Assembly: GCA_030390025.1 (NCBI GenBank)
Contig: CM059431.1
Span: 101,682,001 to 101,746,000, forward strand
Length of the DNA stretch: 64,000 nt
Direction of reading: 5' to 3'
Source of the DNA: Squalus acanthias
Lineage: Eukaryota
The translations under genes and the position numbers were made by a program. Position 1 is the stretch's first letter, and every line of letters begins with the position of its first letter. Below, one piece after another: positions 60,965 through 64,000 of the stretch. The notes beneath the pieces were generated by a model. That model had not been told where the DNA came from. It made no database searches and was given only the letters and a program-made list of their open reading frames with translations.

Positions 60965-63420
60965 TCAGAATGGACCGTTGTCCAGTGCTTCCAAGTTGTG
61001 TGTCATCTGCAAATTTTGAAATTGTGCCCCGTACACCCACGTCCAAGTCATTAATATATATATATCAAGAAAAGCAGTGGTCCTAGAACCGACCCCCGGG
61101 GAACACCACTGTATACCTTCCTCCAGTCCGAAAAACAACCATTCACCACTACTCTGTTTCCTGTCACTTAGCCAATTTTGTATCCATGCTGCCATTGTCC
61201 CTTTTATTCCATGGGCTTCAACTTTGTCAAACGCCTTTTGGAAATCCATGTACACTACGTCAACCGCATTGCCCTCATCAACCCTCTCTGTTATCTCATC
61301 GTAAAACTCAATCGAGTTGGTTAAACACGATTTGCCTTTAACAAATCCGCGCTGGCTTTCCTTAATTAATCCACACTTGTCCAAGTGACTGTTAATTTTG
61401 TCCCTGATTATTGTTTCTAAAAGATTCTCCACTACCAAGGTTAAACTGACTGGCCTGTAGTTGCTGGGTTTATCTTTACACCCTTTTTTGAACAAGGGTG
61501 TAACATTTGCAATTTTCCAGTCTTTTGGCACCACCGCCGTTTCGAAGGAGGATTGGAAGATTATGGCCAGTACCTCCGCGATTTCTTCCTTCACTTCCCT
61601 CAGCGTCCTAGGATGCATCCCATCTGGTCTTGGTGACTTATCAACTTTAAGTACAGCCAGCCTTTCTAGTACCTCTATCAATTTTTATCCCATCCAGTAT
61701 CTCCACGACCTCCTCCTTCACTATGTCTATGGCAGCATCTTCTTCCTTGATGAAGACAGATGTAAAGTACTCATTTAGCACCTCAGCCATGCCCTCTGCC
61801 TCCATGCGTAGGTCTCCTTTTTGGTCCCTAATCGGCCCCACCCCTCCTCTTACTACCCGTTTACTATGCCTATAGAAGACTTTTGGATTACCTGTTATGT
61901 TAGCTGCCATTCTATTCTCATACCCTCTCTTTGCCCCTCTTATTTTCTTTTTCACTTCTCATCTGAACTTTCTATATTTAGCCTGATTATCAGATGTATT
62001 CTCGACCTGACATCTGTCATACGCCCTCTTTTTCTGCTTCTTCTTACTCTCTATCTCTTTCGTCATCCAGGGAGCTCTGACTTTAGTTGCCCTACCTTTC
62101 CCCCTGGTGGGAATGTACCTCGACTGTACTCAAACCATCTCCTCGATTACAGTTTTGCCTGCCAATCTTTGATTACAATTTACCCGGGCCAGATCCGTTC
62201 TCATCCCACTGAAATTGGCCTTCTTCCAATTAAGTATTTTTACTCTAGATTGCTCCCTGTCCTTTTCCATAGCTAATCTAAACCTTATGATACTATGATC
62301 ACTGTTCCCTAAATGTTCCCCTACTGACACTTGCTCCACTTGACCCACCTCATTCCCCAGAACCAGATCCAGCAATGCCTCCTTCCTCGTTGGGCCGGAA
62401 ACATACTGATTAAGAAAGTTCTTCTGAACATGCTTCAGAAATTCTTCCCCTTCTCTGCCCTTTACACTATTATGATCCTAGTCTATATTAGGATAGTTGA
62501 AGTCCCCCATTATTGCTACTCTATAGTTCTTGCACCTCTCTGTAATTTCTCTGCAAATTTGCTCCTCCATATCTTTCCCACTATTTGGTGGTCTATAGAA
62601 TACACCTGGTAGTGTAATGGCACCTCTATTATTTCTTAACTCTAGCCATATAGATTCTGTCCTTGACCCCTCCAGGACATCTTCTCTCTCCAGCACTGTA
62701 ACATTCTCCTTAATCAGTACTCCCACACCACCTCCCATCTTTCCTTCCCTATCTTTCCTGAACACCTTATAACCAGGAATATTTCATACCCAATCCTGCC
62801 CTTTTTTGAGCCAGGTCTCAGTTATTGTCACAACACCATATTCCCATGTGGCTATTTGTGCCTGCAGCTCACTTACCTTGTTTACTACGCTTCGTGCGTT
62901 CACATACGTACACTGTAAACCCATCTTAGACCATCCTGTATTCTCTCTTAGTCTGACCCCATCTAAGACCTTACTATTTCTTGCTTTTGTGCTATCTGTC
63001 TCTCCCAATCCTTTGAACACTCTATTTCTCCTTTCTCATGTTACATCCTGGTGCCCATCCCTCTGCCAAATTAGTTTAAACCCTCCCCAACCACAGTAGC
63101 AAACTTCCCCACGAGGATATTGGTTTCGGCCCTGTTGAGGTTCAACCTGTCCGGCCTGAACAGATCCCACCTCCCCCAGAACCGGTCCCAGGAATCTGAA
63201 GCCTTCCCTTCTGCACCATCTCTCCAGTCACACATTCATCTGCTCTATCCTCCTATTTCTATACTCGCTCATGCGTGACACCGGGAGTAATCCGGAGATT
63301 ACTACCTTTGAAGTCCTGCTTTTTAATCTCTTTCCTAGGTCCCTGAAATCTCTCTGCAGGAGCTCATCCCTCTTTCTACCCTGTGTCGTTGGCACCGATA
63401 TGGACCACGACCTCTGGCTG
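60965..63420 (-). mobile_element. Older decayed CR1 (copy C): esterase end, endonuclease and part of RT
   Basis: Fragments YVNARSVVNKV, YRPPNS, MGDFNYP, LGNSDH and YMDFQKAFDKV, with several frameshifts and deletions. Confidence 0.88.
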
Positions 63421-63464
63421 TTCTATAGTTTCATTACAATTAATAATGCCGTTTTACATTACAG

Positions 63465-63551
63465 CACTCGGGCCCTGAAATCAAGTGGGTCGATGGAGCC
63501 AAACATATATTCAAAGTCGCAACGCACCTCGTGTCTACAATCTACACTCAG
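63465..63551 (+). CDS. DOCK9: DOCK9 exon (last in window), HSGPEIKWVDGAKHIFKVATHLVSTIYTQ
   Basis: ttacag/gtcagt; 87 nt, phase 0. Confidence 0.95.
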
Positions 63552-64000
63552 GTCAGTTGATATCGTCCTTCTAATTCTTCGCATGTTTTGAAAGTTAGCC
63601 CATATTTGATTCAGATTGTCTTCGGGTTGTACTTGTTCCACGTAATCGAAGTTGGCACATGATGTTTGTATTCTGATTAATGAATTAATATTCTTTTAAT
63701 GCTGCTTTAAAACATATAATATTCCTTTTTTAAAAAGTAATGCATCCTATGAAAGACAGACTTGCATTTCTATAGCGCCTTTCACGACCACCTGACGTCC
63801 CAAATCGCTTTACAGCCAATGAAGTACTTTTGAAGTGTAGTCACTGTTGTAATGTGGGAAATGCGGCAGCCAATTTGCGCACAGCAAGCTCCCACAAACA
63901 GCAATGTGATAGTGACCAGATAATCTGTTTTTAGTGATGTTGGTTGAGGGATAAATATTGGCCAGGACACCGGGGAGAACTCCCCTGCTCTTCTTCGAAA

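Overview
Vertebrate genomic DNA, most likely from a cartilaginous fish such as a shark (inferred from the repeat families, not proven). The window holds 19 consecutive + strand GT-AG coding exons of DOCK9 (zizimin-1) at 14082-63551, totalling 2142 nt (714 codons) in one unbroken frame. They cover the end of the N-terminal region, the PH domain and the DHR-1/C2 domain; both ends of the gene lie outside the window. The introns are dense with transposons: CR1 LINEs (one with an intact 983-aa ORF2), L2 fragments, tRNA-headed Deu-domain SINEs (some with 33-bp minisatellite expansions), Penelope fragments with minimal hammerhead motifs, a Vingi/Ingi-like fragment, Harbinger-like and hAT-like MITEs, and two solo-LTR-like elements. 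Top finding: all three CR1 copies that keep the ORF1/ORF2 junction, each from a divergent subfamily, end ORF1 with the slippery heptamer TTTAAAC directly followed by TAA. In each, the endonuclease-RT frame is the TTT-AAA-CTA (-1) frame, with linkers of different length but the same phase. This suggests -1 programmed ribosomal frameshifting that makes an ORF1-ORF2 fusion protein in a non-LTR retrotransposon. Two repeat copies also appear to have captured unique flanking DNA from another locus about 32-34 kb away in the same gene.
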